Source: Minutocellus sp. GHC0000111 (lineage: Eukaryota). From it: a stretch of 64,000 bases of DNA. This document shows positions 1-13,000 of this stretch, in pieces. Each line of letters opens with the position of its first letter. Positions within the stretch are counted from its first letter, which is position 1. The stretch is taken from contig OZ361256.1 in assembly GCA_977018835.1 (NCBI GenBank), positions 248,001 to 312,000 on the forward strand, written 5' to 3'. The position numbers and the translations under genes were made by a program. The notes under the pieces are model-generated. The model made no database searches, was not told the DNA's origin, and saw nothing but the letters and a program-made list of their open reading frames with translations.

Positions 1-1382
1 CCACCGGATGCACTGACGTTGTTGCTCAAATATGCCCGACCTTGTGATGATATCCACCACTTTGAATTTTCCTGGTCAATGGGGAAGATATGCAAGACAT
101 TGCGCGAGCACGGTATCTTGGACGTGCTGCCCGCTGCACCATTTCATCTCGACGACTTCGAGGAGTACACACCGCTCGCCGGAAACGATGCGCAGCCTTT
201 CGACTGTCGGGCGGGGCTTCTACAGGCGCTTGTGGATGATTCGACAAAGTGTGCATTGATATCCGAGCTAAATATCAGCCGGGCAAGTATCGAAAAGCAC
301 GATGGAAGGGTCGACAGCGGTATCGTAAAAATTCTCGGTTCTCTGCTGACACGAAAAGGTGTCTTCATCAACGCAGGGGGATTGCACATCGATCTCACCC
401 CGGCCGATGGGGAGTCTGAAGAAATTAGTTCCACGACTAATATCCCATTGCTGACAAAAAAATACTAAGGCAAATGCCAAACGCCTTTCCGGTTGTGACC
501 GATGTTACATTTGGTCACTGCTTTTGTCCTGAAGCCCTGATGGCAAAGAAAGTCTTTGAAAATTTCTTCGGATCGCTCCAGCTTCCGCTGCAAAGCATTG
601 ATCTGAAACGCAACCCATTTTTACACGAGCGGCACATTGTCAAAATTCTCCCACTCATAGGCAGCTCACTACGACGCATTGAGATCAATGGCGCTGAAAA
701 CGAGAGTGTGAAAATGGTGGTTGGCCAGGATGACGAACATTCTCTCTTTTCGGCGATTGGGGAAAATTGCAAGCGGTTGAAATCATTGGCGCTTTGTGGG
801 ATGCATTTCTATTCGACGGACGTATATCTTCGAACTACCTTTGATAGCATTCCTGGTCTCAATGAACTTATCTTGAAGGGAAACGATTACCACGTGTATG
901 ACCCAAGGGTGGCGGCCAATGACTACATTTCGGGAGAAGAAGCCGAACCGTATCTGGCCGCATTTTTTCATCATCGGGGGACGCATCTAGAAACTTTGAA
1001 ATGTGACTTCTCTGATGTTTCCAGTGCCTGCAATGCTCTGAGAAACCTCATCGCGTTGCAACGTCGAAATTCATCGAGATCAGAAACGGAAGGCGCTCCT
1101 GAATCAATTAAGCTTCGAACTGTTGATATCCAAAACCTTGAAGTTTCTACAATTGCGATTGCAATAGGATCCGGCGTGAAAGACTTTGTAATGTACGAGG
1201 AAACGATGCTGAGTGCAAGGTCAAAAATTGAGGCTATCGCCTTCGCAGTCTCTGTGGGATCCCTACTGTCCGCAGCAACACACGAGATGGTCTTTTTTCA
1301 TTTTTGCAAGTTACCAGGAATCTTTTATACAATGAAATTTGATGACGGTAAAATTATCGTCGAGGTAAGAAAAGCGACATGA
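1..1382 (+). pseudogene. 5'-partial gene for an LRR/RNI-like (F-box-type) protein, split by a frameshift
   Basis: Frame is open from base 1 to a TAA at 466-468. Coding continues in another frame (ORF 474-1382, with LRR-like LxxLxL patterns such as LKSLAL, LNELIL, LETLKC). The shift falls in the A7 run at 456-462; A5 or A8 would fuse the frames. Confidence 0.55.
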
Positions 1383-1551
1383 GGAGGCTTAAAATATAGA
1401 CTCCAGGTAATTTAATCTAATAAACTGCTGAAGTTTACACTACATCGATGCAAACTCTAGCTAGCCAGCCACGACTCTTTGCATGTATGTCACATTCCGG
1501 TTTTTACTTTCATGGATAACAACCAAGCTGAACTGTTAAATGAACTTGCGT

Positions 1552-2198
1552 TTACCAAAACTTGAATCCACCACCCCCTTTCTCTTTCTTTTGTCGCTCC
1601 TTCTCCAAATCCGCTGGGTCGACCCAACCGCTCTCGAAATACGGCATACTCGTCTGCTTACTCTTGCCTTCCTCATCTACCAAGTTGTTGGCCTCGAGGC
1701 TAAACATCAAATTGCCAGTGTCCTCGTCAACGCCCTCAAAGTCACCAAGGAACGGACTTCCCATACCAGCCGTGATCAGTTGCGCCAAGCCCGAAAGTCC
1801 AATCTTCTTTTCTTCGGGATTCTCACCCCGTCCCTCATCGGGCTGGTTCGCCGTGGGGTCCATCCATTTTGGAATACCTGCAGAAAATAGACGAAATCAG
1901 ATGAATGATAAGATTAATGAAACATGACATTCGGAGCGGGGAACTGTGGCAAGCTCATTCTTGCAACTGGTGCAATCTCATAAATGCATCGTTCGTGTTC
2001 TCCAGCATTTCATTTTATCTGTCATGTCAGGTATGATCAATTCGAAGCACGTCCATGCGCGCTGTGCCTCTGCGATCACTTACCAAAATTGAGTGCTGTA
2101 GTAGATCGCGAACGCACTTGGGGGGCAAATGCGGAAGCAGGGCCGGCGGCACATGCTGCAGCGGCAACGACGGCGGCAGGAACGAGCGACGACTTCAT
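1552..2198 (-). CDS. Small plastid-targeted protein of unknown function (2 exons: 2198-2084, 1877-1552)
   Basis: Signal peptide plus ASAFAP motif (MKSSLVPAAVVAAAACAAGPASAFAP). A GT..AG intron at 2083-1878 joins it in frame to GIPKWMDP...GFKFW. Confidence 0.85.
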
Positions 2199-2383
2199 CT
2201 TGACCAAAGCGAAATGAAGAAGACGTGACCGAAACTTTTGAGGCGCGACAGTTTTTGCGCGGTATGCGGACAAACCGCCGAGATGATGACGTGTCAGCAA
2301 AACGGGATTAGGTACCATGCTTCTCTCGTGCTCTTTTTCGTACCTAGGTATCGGCCAGCCGCATGCATAATCAACCGGGCAAG

Positions 2384-2999
2384 ATGAACAAGCTCCTTTC
2401 CCTCCTCCTTCTGGCCCTTGCTGTCGTCTCGACGCAGGGCTTCGCCGTCTCGAGCGGCATCCCCGTCATGGGCGGCGCTGTTGGTGGTACGTTGTTCTGT
2501 AGATGTGCCGGGTTTTCAAGGTGGAGATACCGATGGACCTAATCCCGTTTTTTGTTACCGTGAGAGTATGAAGGAACGGCAAGGAGGTCAGGCGTGGGCG
2601 CTGTCTTCTTTGAAGTCAAAGATTAAGGGAGATGATCAATTTAATCAATTTTGACTCATTTTCTCACAAGTGTATGCTCTTCGTTCCTTCTCTCGAACAG
2701 GCTCGAATTTCGTCGTCTCCCAGCACCGATCGGCGGCACCCATCACCCAGGCGCAGAACATGCGCAAGGGTGACATGCGCATGGGCAAGATGGCCAAGTT
2801 CGGCGTCTTCTCTCCCGCCGTCTATGCTGCCAAGATTGTCCTCGGCGAGGACAAGCTCAACAAGATCCGCGGCAAGGCCATCAGTCTCCACTCTCAGTAC
2901 ATTGGTGATTTCTGCACCTGGGCCGGTGCCTACCACCTCCGCACTCGTCTCATCAAGAAGGCCAAGACCAACGGTGACATCCTTGGCTTCCTTGTGTAA
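2384..2999 (+). CDS. PGR5: PROTON GRADIENT REGULATION 5 protein, plastid-targeted (exons 2384-2486, 2701-2999)
   Basis: C-terminus FGVFSPAV...KIRGKAISLHSQYIGDFC...RLIKKAKTNGDILGFLV matches the PGR5 signature. Signal peptide ending QG-F. GT..AG intron 2487-2700 is in frame. Confidence 0.92.
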
Positions 3000-3190
3000 G
3001 AGCAGTGATGCATTGATGGGATATTGACCACTATGGCGCGGCGTTGGTTGTTTGGCCAAGATTACATCGTCGGTACTGCTACGCGTTTTTTATCAAATAT
3101 GAAGAAAACAGACAACCTGTACGGTAATCAGAAACTATGATAATAGATATGATGCATATGAAAATATTGCGCGTTATGCTTCGTTTATGC

Positions 3191-4171
3191 TTATGCTCTC
3201 ACGGCAAAATACGTTTCAGCGTCAGCCCAAAGCTTCTTTTCGGCCTTCTTCTGGCTCGTGCGAAGGCCAATGGCTCTCTTCATACCCTTCGTCATACCTT
3301 CCAGCCGTTCCTCCACTGGTCGATGATGAAGTCGTTGCAAGGTCTTCGCTCGTTTCCGCTTGGCCTCCTCCACGACCGACATGCATTCTTCGATCTCTTC
3401 ATGAGTAATTCCACTTGCTCTTAGTCATCGAGTTCGTTCAGCGGAAGATAAGGTCATCTCTCGGAAAGGTCCTTTGCTTCGGTGTTCCTCGGCACGCATC
3501 GTTTCATATTCATTTATTTTCATATCCTTTATGGAATCTTCATATTTCCAACCAAAGGTTACCGCTGGGCCCAAGCTGACGCTAGGATGGACTCCAACGT
3601 CCAAATTGTACTCTCGGGTCGACACACTGTCAAAACGAACACTTGCACAGGGGTGATCACCAGACATCTCAACATTCTTTGGCTTTGACTTCTGGCGACC
3701 CGAGCTTCTGAGGTGAAAATAGGACGAAATCATATTGAATATCCCTAAACCATAATCGGATGAGGAGGTATCGATCTTATTTGTGGTTTCGTTCCCTTTT
3801 GCCTTGTTCGTTTGAACAGATTTCGGGCTTCCGATCGATCTTGGACTCAGGCTTCTCATGCTAGCTGAAATCGATCGGAATGATGCCACTGCCATTTGAC
3901 GGGGGCTTCGGATGATGCTGCGACTTGATCCATATAACTGACCAATCGATTCTTCTTGAGTTTGAAGTTTCAGACAGCTTCGAAGCAACGGCGCTGGAGG
4001 TTCTGATCTGCATCGTCGATGCTGATTGTAGCCAAAAGAATTGCTGCCGCTGATACTACGAACGAACCCTGCATCTTGTGGCAAGTCTCCCGACACTGAT
4101 GGTGGGAGGGCGGCCGTATCTGAAGAGCTACTGCCACTTCTTGTTATTACAAGTGATGCAATCGAAAACAT
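3191..4171 (-). pseudogene. Diatom-type hypothetical protein (VxF..V..REY...G.HPSVS.GPAV..GW family) with a premature TGA
   Basis: ORF 4171-3425 stops at TGA 3427-3425, but the same frame continues LRASGITHEEIEECMSVVEEAKRKRAKTLQRL... to 3191. This continuation parallels the C-terminus of the paralog at 25568-26821. Confidence 0.7.
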
Positions 4172-4440
4172 ATTTAGGAATTCCTATGTTATCTTCTCGC
4201 TGTGGATACGCAAATTCTTGTCATGCTGGTCGCTCAGCTGTTCGCTAAAAATGACGAGAACGTTTTATTACCAGAACCACTAGCTCTGTAAATTAAAAGC
4301 ACTAATTCTTTCACTTGTGCTTCAAGTGTCGCGACGGCGTCCATCCATTTTTGGCAGGAAAGTGAGGCCGAACTAAAGTCGGAACTTCGTGAACACCAAC
4401 CGGAATTAGAGGCGAGAAGGGAGAAACTCATGCAAGAACC

Positions 4441-5064
4441 ATGAAGACAACGGGTGCTGCGCATTGTGCTATTGTACTGGTTGTTCTGGCCGTTTGCTCT
4501 GCTGGGTCGACGACGCAATCTTCCTCATTTTCTTCGGCGCTTGGTGAAAAGAGAAGCGACTCTACAAATGCTGCTTCCGACTCGTCCACCAAAAACGAGA
4601 CTGGGGCATGCGGCATAGCCTGCGATATCGAAGGAGAGAGCGACATGTCTGATATAGGTCGTATATCAAAATCTGTGAACGATGAATATCAGGAGCTGGT
4701 CGAATCTGTCAACAAGCGATTTCACGATTCGCAGCAAGCACCACCATGCCAGGCTGAGTGCAACTACTATGGTCAGCTGTACTGCTCCGACGAGTCGTTC
4801 CGCCACATCGATCAGTGCAACACCTGTACTTGTCGAAAGGGTGGGAAGGTATCTTGCACTGTTCGCTACTGCAACGGTCCTTGTGACGGTCCGACGTGCG
4901 TGTACGGTATGGAGGGCAACACTACATCATATTGCACTGGTGAAAGTTGGCAGGCGAAAGATGGCATTAACCTGTGCGTATGCGATGCAGATGGTATTGT
5001 TCATTGCACGGAAGAAACGGCATCAGAGCCACAACGAGTTATGCTCAGATTGGTCGGGTCTTGA
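4441..5064 (+). CDS. Secreted Cys-rich protein with two VWC/pacifastin-like modules
   Basis: Hydrophobic signal peptide. Repeated pattern CxY.G..Y....F...D.CNxCxC..G.V.CT. Confidence 0.7.
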   Translation: MKTTGAAHCAIVLVVLAVCSAGSTTQSSSFSSALGEKRSDSTNAASDSSTKNETGACGIACDIEGESDMSDIGRISKSVNDEYQELVESVNKRFHDSQQAPPCQAECNYYGQLYCSDESFRHIDQCNTCTCRKGGKVSCTVRYCNGPCDGPTCVYGMEGNTTSYCTGESWQAKDGINLCVCDADGIVHCTEETASEPQRVMLRLVGS

Positions 5065-5290
5065 TTCAGGAACATTGTAGGACCTGCACACAAGCACACA
5101 TACTGATAAAATGATTATGAGCTCGTTCGAGGATATGAATCGACACGGGGCGTGGTTGTAATTGCACAAACAAATACCACGATGAGCTCTTGTATATTGA
5201 ATAAGCTATAATACTGTATAAAATAATACAGAGTAATTCATGAGCTAGATGTTCAATTAAACGTATAAACTCTCTCTCTCTCTTACCCCG

Positions 5291-5902
5291 TTACTGACTG
5301 ACAAAGTCCAAAACCTCCTTGAGCTGGCCCTTGGCCTTCTCGGCCATCTCCACCGGTTCCTTAATCTTGACCTTGCCACTTCCCGGCTGAAAGTAAACAA
5401 ACACATTATCATAGGTATACTGATCGCACATTTGTAAACTAATGCTGAGCTCATCCTTGGCCTCGAGCAGCTCAAAATCCCCCGTCTCCTTTGCCAACTG
5501 AACGAGAGTATTCTTGCTATCCCCCAGGTTCCAAAGCTGCACGATGGGCGGTGTTTTGAGGATGGTTCGGACCTTGTCCCATTCCTGTTGCTGGAGGAGG
5601 TCGGGGATGGTGACAAGCTTGGCGTAACTTTCGTTGAGATCGGCAATCAGCGCATCCTTTGTGGAAGCAGCATATGCTGCTGGTTGAGATTGAGTAATCA
5701 CTGCTGTCGCTGCAACAGCGGACCCTCCCATAGTGGAAAGGAAATTTCTACGGGATGATTCTATTTGCAAATCTTTCCGATGGGCATCGAGCTGGACATT
5801 GATTGGTGACGTCTGCCGGATCGTCGTCGGTGCAAACGCGCTGACGGACGAGATGAGCGCCAAAAGCGAACAGATTCGAAGTGAGAAATTGGATGAGAGC
5901 AT
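5291..5902 (-). CDS. Thylakoid-lumen PsbQ-like protein
   Basis: Tripartite leader: signal plus VSAFAP, twin-Arg SRRNFL, hydrophobic stretch and AYA cleavage site. Helical mature part (LLQQQEWDKVRTIL). Confidence 0.65.
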   Translation of the reverse strand: MLSSNFSLRICSLLALISSVSAFAPTTIRQTSPINVQLDAHRKDLQIESSRRNFLSTMGGSAVAATAVITQSQPAAYAASTKDALIADLNESYAKLVTIPDLLQQQEWDKVRTILKTPPIVQLWNLGDSKNTLVQLAKETGDFELLEAKDELSISLQMCDQYTYDNVFVYFQPGSGKVKIKEPVEMAEKAKGQLKEVLDFVSQ

Positions 5903-6263
5903 GTTGCGTATTTAGCTTTGTGGTATAATGGAATAATATGCAGGCAAGTTGGGGAAGCAGGCAGTAAAGTAGCGCCGCCGAGGAATCAATGAGTCAAGCA
6001 TGCATGCAAGCAAGCACCACGCATTTGACTCATTGCTGACTGGATTATGGAAGTCGAGTGAGTCAGAAGTCATCGCATCAAAAAGGACCCGGAGAAGGTG
6101 ATTGATTGTTCTTTCGAAAGCTCACAAGGGAGAAAGATGGCGCCAACCGCCACATGTCGTGCCACAACTTGAAAAAGAACTTCCACGTGATCCTCGCCTT
6201 CCCCATCGCTTTACCACCCCCACTTTCCCAACCTCGCCCATTTGCTCCTGAGTAGTATCCGCC

Positions 6264-8211
6264 ATGCGAAATCCATCACTGACCGTCGCCGCCGTCCTGT
6301 GCGCACATCTCGGTGTGCCGTCCAGCTTCGCCGCTACTTCCACCGGCAATGGCGCACCCGCCAAAATCGGAGTCGTCGATGCGGCCGCCTTTGTGGTCCA
6401 ATCGAACAATGGGCATCGGACTACTCTACCTACTCATTCCAGATCAATAGCGAAATCGACTGCGTTTGAGACAAATCGGAAGCTTGAATTACAGAATATC
6501 CTGGTATCGCCAGCATCGACGAAGCAGACATTGACGCGTCTGCCGTCGTCGATCATCGATGCGCCTCAGACTCTATCGACTTCTCACAATGACGACGGCG
6601 ATGATGGTGAAAGCTTTGACGCCAAGTTGGAGGCCGATGCCGAGGCATTCTTTGAGCAGATGATGGCCAGGAGGTCGTCCATCATGCAGGGCGCTAAAGT
6701 CGACGAGGAGCCGGTTGCGTCGTTTGAAGAGGGTGAGAAGGCTTCAGATGAAGTCAGCCATGATATGTCGTTGGAGAACACGGACGTTATGGCAGACACT
6801 ACAGCCTCTGAGAATTATTTGAATGCTCATGGATCGCCAGATCACTTGGAGGGCAAGAGTGACGACGAAATCGCTGAGGAGTGGCACAATGATCAGATGG
6901 TCAATGCTTTGGCGTCCGTCCAGAGTATGAACGGTCTAGCTGCTCTGGAAAGTATCGAACAAGAAGAAAGCCGAGTGCATTATGAAGAGTGGGAGCAGAA
7001 TGAAGCCGAAAAACAGAAAGTATATGAGGCTGCCCATGTTGATAGTCTTGGTCATGACGACTATGCATTCCAACAATCTCGGTTGGAGAGGCAACTGATC
7101 CAGCCAAGAGCTGAAGATAGTGTCACCATTGAGGCCTTCCGGGAAGAGTCAGCCGAAGCTACCGTTGACGTTGCGTCCGAATCTACAAGCGCATCAAACG
7201 CCTTCCAGCGAGCCCGTCTTCGGCGCCAGCTCGCCCAGCCGCGACCGCTGAAGCCTCATCCACCGTTAGCAGAACAAGGTTCTGATGTGCCTCCTTCAAG
7301 CGATGAACCCACAAGCGACGTTTCCAGGAACAGCAGTATCAACACTGACGCTGGAAATATTGCGTTCCAAGAGGCCCGTCTCGCACGGCAGCTTGAGCAA
7401 CCCCGATCTTCATCTACTGAATTAAGCCCTATTCTTCACGATGCATCGCAAGATGAGGAAGTGATATTACACCTAGAAGTTCCCAAATCTGAGTTAACCA
7501 AGGAGGAAGTTCAGGCCAGAAGAGCTTACTACAAACGTATCGAGACCCTGTCCGAGGAGATCATTCAAAGAGCATCTGAAGCTGCTAATCGTGTCCTGGA
7601 AGAGCAACATCGACAAGAGAGTGAAACTCTCGATGCCATCAAAGAAGCCGTGACATTGAGTGCGCAGTCTGAATCGACTGAAATCTTCGCCGGTGATCAT
7701 CCTGAAGACAAAGGCGAAAACGAAGCTGAACCTGAAACGACTATGCGTATTCAAATTCCTGACGCGATAATTGATACTACGAGATCGGATGTTGATGAGA
7801 ACGTCGTTGTAGAGGAAGCCCCATCGCATCTAGTGGAAAAAGAGATCCGGAAAACGAGAGAGAATAGCGGCCGAAAAGAGGAGGATGGAAATGATTCGAA
7901 AGCAGGAAGAGGAGCGCATTGCTGCCGAAAAGAAGGCATTGGCCGAGCTCAAGTTGCGAATTGAAAGTGAGAAGAAGCGAGTTGAAGAGGAGCGTATTGC
8001 TGCTGAGCTAAGGGCAATAGAAGATATTCGTCGAAAGGCCGAAGAGAAGCAGCAATCACTTGATCTGGAACTGGAGAAGAATGGGCTCGTTACGAAGAAG
8101 ATTGTAGAAATCACGAATTCGAAGCGAGAAAAGACCATCTCGCAAAAGCCGTCGCCTTTATTCTTTGTTGAACAAGAGAAGGCGACGCCGTTCTTCTTTG
8201 TTGATGAGTAG
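6264..8211 (+). pseudogene. Acidic coiled-coil protein with signal peptide; frameshift near 7850
   Basis: ORF 6264-7964 overlaps a second frame, ERIAAEKRRMEMIRKQEEERIAAEKK..., ending at 8211. This continues the coiled-coil repeat style, so it reads as one gene with an indel near 7845-7860. Confidence 0.6.
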
Positions 8212-8328
8212 AATTCTAGAGATGTTATTCGCACATACCGGTATATAAGGAACACTGAAACATCAAACAAGTTCGGAGGTATGCATTTAAAATTAGATTT
8301 CATAGTCATAGGGCAGCTTTCGCTTTGA

Positions 8329-8913
8329 ATTTACTATTCCTACTCTCACCTAGAGGATATCTTCCGTTCTGTTACGAATCTCAAGGAGCTGCGCATGGAA
8401 GAAAATGAATATTATGAATATGTTGGAGAGACTGAACTTCGTGGTTCTGATGCCGAGTTCTATTTTCAGAATTTCTTTATGCGTTACGGAAAAACATTGG
8501 AGACCTTTTGTTTTGACTTTCGTTCCCCAATTAATACGGGAGAGGTCATTCGCAATCCAATGAAGTTGCAAAAGAGCGCAGTGGAAGCGGTCGACTCCAG
8601 TGGCACTTCTGCTGAAGAAGGGACCAAACTCCATTCAATCGAGATGATGGATATGCTCGATGGCGATATTTGTTACGCAGTGAGACGGGGTGGCGTGCGC
8701 AAAATTTGCCTTACGGACGTTGAAGACATTACTTTTCATGAATCCGCTCTGGAAAATATCCGGGAGGAGTACGGTGATACATACGGCAATGCGCTCCTTC
8801 CACTGGGCTTGACTATTCAGCTCGGATACAACATTTATGAAGTCAAGCACAAGGATGGACGTGATTACTTCCAGCTTGTTCCAGAAAAAAGACTATATAT
8901 TGGAATTGCTTAG
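8329..8913 (+). pseudogene. 5'-truncated paralog of the LRR-like gene at 1-1382
   Basis: TNLKELRMEENEY...AEFYFQNFFMRYGKTLETFCFDF aligns by eye with IPGLNELILKGNDY...AEPYLAAFFHHRGTHLETLKCDF. The frame is closed upstream by TGA 8326-8328, only about 115 bp after the previous gene's stop. Confidence 0.55.
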
Positions 8914-8943
8914 TGCATATCAATAATAGCTGTTTATATAAGT

Positions 8944-10047
8944 TTATTTCTTCCCAGCACCCTTCAGCTTCGATCGAAGGTTTCTGTTTTGCCTCTCCAA
9001 TTCGGCCACCCGAAACTTCAAGTCGCTCATGGCCAAATCCGACCCAGCAATCAATGGTGCCGCCGGAGCAGCAGCCGCCATCGGCCTGTTCGTGTTATCA
9101 CCACCGCCGCCACCGCCACCGGCAGCTGCATCACCGGCATTGCTGCCCCTCCTCGCCACAACACTCTTCTGATTCTTGTACCGCTGAAGTTCCGATTCCA
9201 ACTCGGCAATTCGGGAGCTGCCACTGATCACCCGTTCCTGCAGATGGGCATTGATCTGCTGCAGATGTCGATTCTGCTTTGTTAGGTGGGAGATGTGCAC
9301 GCTGGCGGCATCAGCCTCGCTCTTGGCCTCGGCCACCATCATCTTGAGTTGGACGACGTAGTCGATGTCGTCGTCGTCCAGTTCCAGGGCGGTCGTTACG
9401 TGACTGTCGGACAGATTCTTCTTCATCTTGCCGCGCCGTCGTCGGGATGTATTGGTCGATGCCATGATCGGATCTGCCGCTGAGGATAGGTGGCCGGTGG
9501 ATCGGCGACGGCTGGGTGCTCCAGCTGCATTTATCGCCATCGCTGTTGGTGATCTACCGCCGACCCTTCCGACGCTGCCGCTACCGCTCCGTGTACGACG
9601 TCGTCTACGGGAGTTGTCGAACGGCAACTCCATATCGTCGTCCGAGGATAGTGACGAGTCCGACTTGGGTCTGCCACCCTCGAACGAAGACAGGGATGAG
9701 TCGTCGCCGCTGTCCCTATCGCCCATGTCGCTCTTGCCCCCGAGGCTGGAAAGGAGGCTGCGGAAACTTCCGACGCTTCGGGCGCTCAGAGATCGCGCCC
9801 CCATGGACCCTCGGCGTTGTCCGTCGACATTGCCGTGTCTATCCCGGCCGCTCTCCACGGCAGCGCCAATGCTGCCGAAGCTGTGCACCGATCGTGTTTT
9901 CTTCAGCCGTCCACCTGATTGGCGCCGGGCGTTGCCATTGTGGGTGTGTCCGTCCTCCTCCTTGAGAGGTCCGGTGAAAGTGGTGCCTATTCCCATTGTG
10001 CTTCCCCCCGGGGCTGGCGACTCGTGTCCATGTTGCTGCTGCGGCAT
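8944..10047 (-). CDS. Ser/Arg-rich low-complexity protein with C-terminal coiled coil; 5' end possibly lost
   Basis: Long ORF with heptad segments (LQQINAHLQERV, RIAELESELQRY, VAELERQNRNL). It starts immediately after the broken HECT gene. Confidence 0.65.
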   Translation of the reverse strand: MPQQQHGHESPAPGGSTMGIGTTFTGPLKEEDGHTHNGNARRQSGGRLKKTRSVHSFGSIGAAVESGRDRHGNVDGQRRGSMGARSLSARSVGSFRSLLSSLGGKSDMGDRDSGDDSSLSSFEGGRPKSDSSLSSDDDMELPFDNSRRRRRTRSGSGSVGRVGGRSPTAMAINAAGAPSRRRSTGHLSSAADPIMASTNTSRRRRGKMKKNLSDSHVTTALELDDDDIDYVVQLKMMVAEAKSEADAASVHISHLTKQNRHLQQINAHLQERVISGSSRIAELESELQRYKNQKSVVARRGSNAGDAAAGGGGGGGDNTNRPMAAAAPAAPLIAGSDLAMSDLKFRVAELERQNRNLRSKLKGAGKK

Positions 10048-10064
10048 TTGCGATATCAATCTAG

Positions 10065-13000
10065 CTAGAGGCTATCTACTACGTAGTCTAGGGTGTTCTG
10101 CTCACCAAGCAACTGATTGAGGAACGGAAGGCAAAACTGGGGCTCCACCAGGATGGATTCGTACACACTCTTGCCCAGGACGCGTCCGACGAACTCATAA
10201 TGAGAAAGTATGGCCTGATCACGACCTGCATCGACGTTGACCGCAAGTGTCTCCGTTGGCGATACAGCAAAGAGTGGTCTCCGAGGTGAAGCCTCTCCTG
10301 ATCCGGCGTCAGGGTTGAATGCTTCTGAGATGAGGTCGTCGAGAAACTCCTTGAATACTCCTCCTCCGTCGATACCAGCTTCTTGCTGGCCATGCTTATT
10401 GATCATTGTGATCTGAACCTTCCTCCTCAGCTTTCTGCCCAACTTATTCAACTGCTGCATCGAATCGTCATACAAGTGATCTCGTCGGATCTCAGCTTGT
10501 TCTCTCCCGGTGAATTCCCATTCCTCGTCAGAATCCATTGCCCTCATCATGGCCTGCCGGAATGCACGAGTTTCGTCTTGTGTCCGAGCCTTATCCGCAG
10601 AGACCAGACTACTAAACATTTTCACTCGACGGTCAAAAGGGAGAGCCTGCGGTATCGCTGTGAGTACTCTCGCCATCTTTGGATCACTAAAGGTAGAGGC
10701 CAACGCATCATTTTCTTCGTCAGCCGCAGTGGGTTCCTGATTGCCACCGTCGCCACCATTCCCATCTAGAGACGAGGCATCCACGTCCATCGGAGATGCA
10801 TCACTCTCGCTATCACTCAAGCCGTCATTGTCGGCGTGGGCGGCATTGGAAGAAGAAATCCCTCCCACCATTACTGCATCATCGTCTCTTCCTTTGGTAA
10901 CGAGATTGGGGAAAAGCCAAGCTTGTTCATCACAAAAAGGTGTTGATCGAAATAGACGGGACCACCGTTCATGCAAGGAGTTGAAAAGCTTCGTTCCCGA
11001 TAGGAGCAAACGAAGGCGATGGCAATTGAAAATGGCTTCAAGGTTGACGCGATCGACTCTGGACGGCACAAGAACGTCTTTCCGGGTCACCGGCCTTGCC
11101 CAGTACGTATCATATAGACACCGGCGAACGTGAGAGACGACCTCGTCAGCAACGATGACAACGTCATTGTTGCCATTAGAAGTGTACCTTGCCACAAACT
11201 CATCATCATCAACAGCCATGAGTTGGTGAGCAAAGAGATCACAGAACACAAGCATCGCTTCCACGGTTGCCAAGGCTTCGCTGTCTGAGTACACGCCCAG
11301 TCCACCAATGGCAAGGCCCTTCGCAAAGGACCAAAGTCCCCCTAGCAAATCAGAATTGAAGGACAAATTGAAAAGTAAAGGCGATGCGGCATTGTTGCGA
11401 ATTTTCGAACAAGTCACTGACTGCAAAAGACGACAAAGAACGGAAATATATTCGTAACGTCCTGATTGGTCGGGAACAGAAGAGCTTTCACTCTCAACAG
11501 AGAAAAATAGATATACCCCGAGAAGACTCATTACGTTCCCACTTCCGATTCGAGCACCGAGGGAAATGAGAAGATTGACGTTGGTTGAAGAGTCCGATTT
11601 CTCCTTGAGCCTGGATAGTACCTCCCTCCGTGCATTGCCAAATTCGGTGTGGTACAGACGGTCAATCTTCCCGGTCGTTTGAAGGTCTTGCCTCGAGAAA
11701 CGAGAAGATCGAGAGCGCTTTTGCCCTGCCATTGTGTTACCCCCAGTGGAAGGTGCGGCACGTCTAGCCAATCCAGACCCTTGCTGCGCCATACCCGCAA
11801 ATCCCGTCGGTTGCTGAGGGACTTGCTCTTCCATCTCTTCATCCGAATCGGAAGAAGAATCTTCATCGTCATCAACATCTCCGTCTGCATTGGTCGTCAG
11901 GTCAACAATATTTGTTCCACTACTATTGTGGAGCGTCTTTTGAACATCTTCTCCATTGGCTGACAAGGAGGCAACAATCGCCAAATCAGGCCTTTCGTCC
12001 AGAACATACTTGAGTAGCCGAACTATCAATGACGACGACTGCGCGTCGATTTGGACTGCGAGATGGTCCAGAGCGTTCGATAGAAGAGTCACCTCTTTGC
12101 CAACCACCATGGACCTTACTACATCTCGAACCGCGTCGGGACTCGGCGTATTGGTACCCTTCGAATCCAAGGCCTGGATCAAAGAGGCAAAGAGAGCAAT
12201 ATAACCGCTTGGACCGCTTCCAGCACTACTGACGGTTCTATCCCCCGGAAACATCGAGCCAATGCAACGATCAATTTCAGCCGACCACTCGTCGTTGACA
12301 CCGCCCTCCCCACCAATTGATGTAAACAGAGCTGCGGCGAGGATTGATTTGGCATCAGCGCCACCGGTCGGTTGCGATGGTGGTAGCTGACGCTGCTGCA
12401 TGTCACTGGACTCCGGACGTCCAGCAGAGGAAAGGAGGGAGGCAGCCCGAGTTGAAAGCCGCAGCAAGATACCGGCAGTACTGACAATCACCTTTTGCTC
12501 GAGATGAGATTTTTGGGAGGACGTGGCCAAAGCAAACCAATGTCGGAAGCAAAGGAACAAAAGAACCGGCCCATATCCCTCGAGGGGTGATGCTGACGTG
12601 GAATTGCACAAGGTCGTGGTCATCAATGCCTCGCTTTGACCTTGAGTTTGCGTATCTGCTGCTGATGATGATGCATCACCCCCACCGAGAAGTGCTGATA
12701 TGAGCCCGATAAGACTTGCAGCCGCAACCGATGGAGATGTAGCCGACGATGATGAAGACGAGGGTCCAAAGGCCAGACTCTGTAGCAAGATGAGACATCG
12801 CCGAACGATCCGACCAGAAGCAAAGGCACTTCCACCATTCTGTTGTTGCTTACTCGTAGGCACCCCCCCCAATTTTCTCAACAATCCGAGCATATAGCAG
12901 AACCAAATAACCAAGGACAATGTCCGTGTCTGTAACCACCGTCTTACTGGCAGTATCTGGCTGCATTTTGCGCTGACGCCGCACCAAGACGGGAAGGAGG

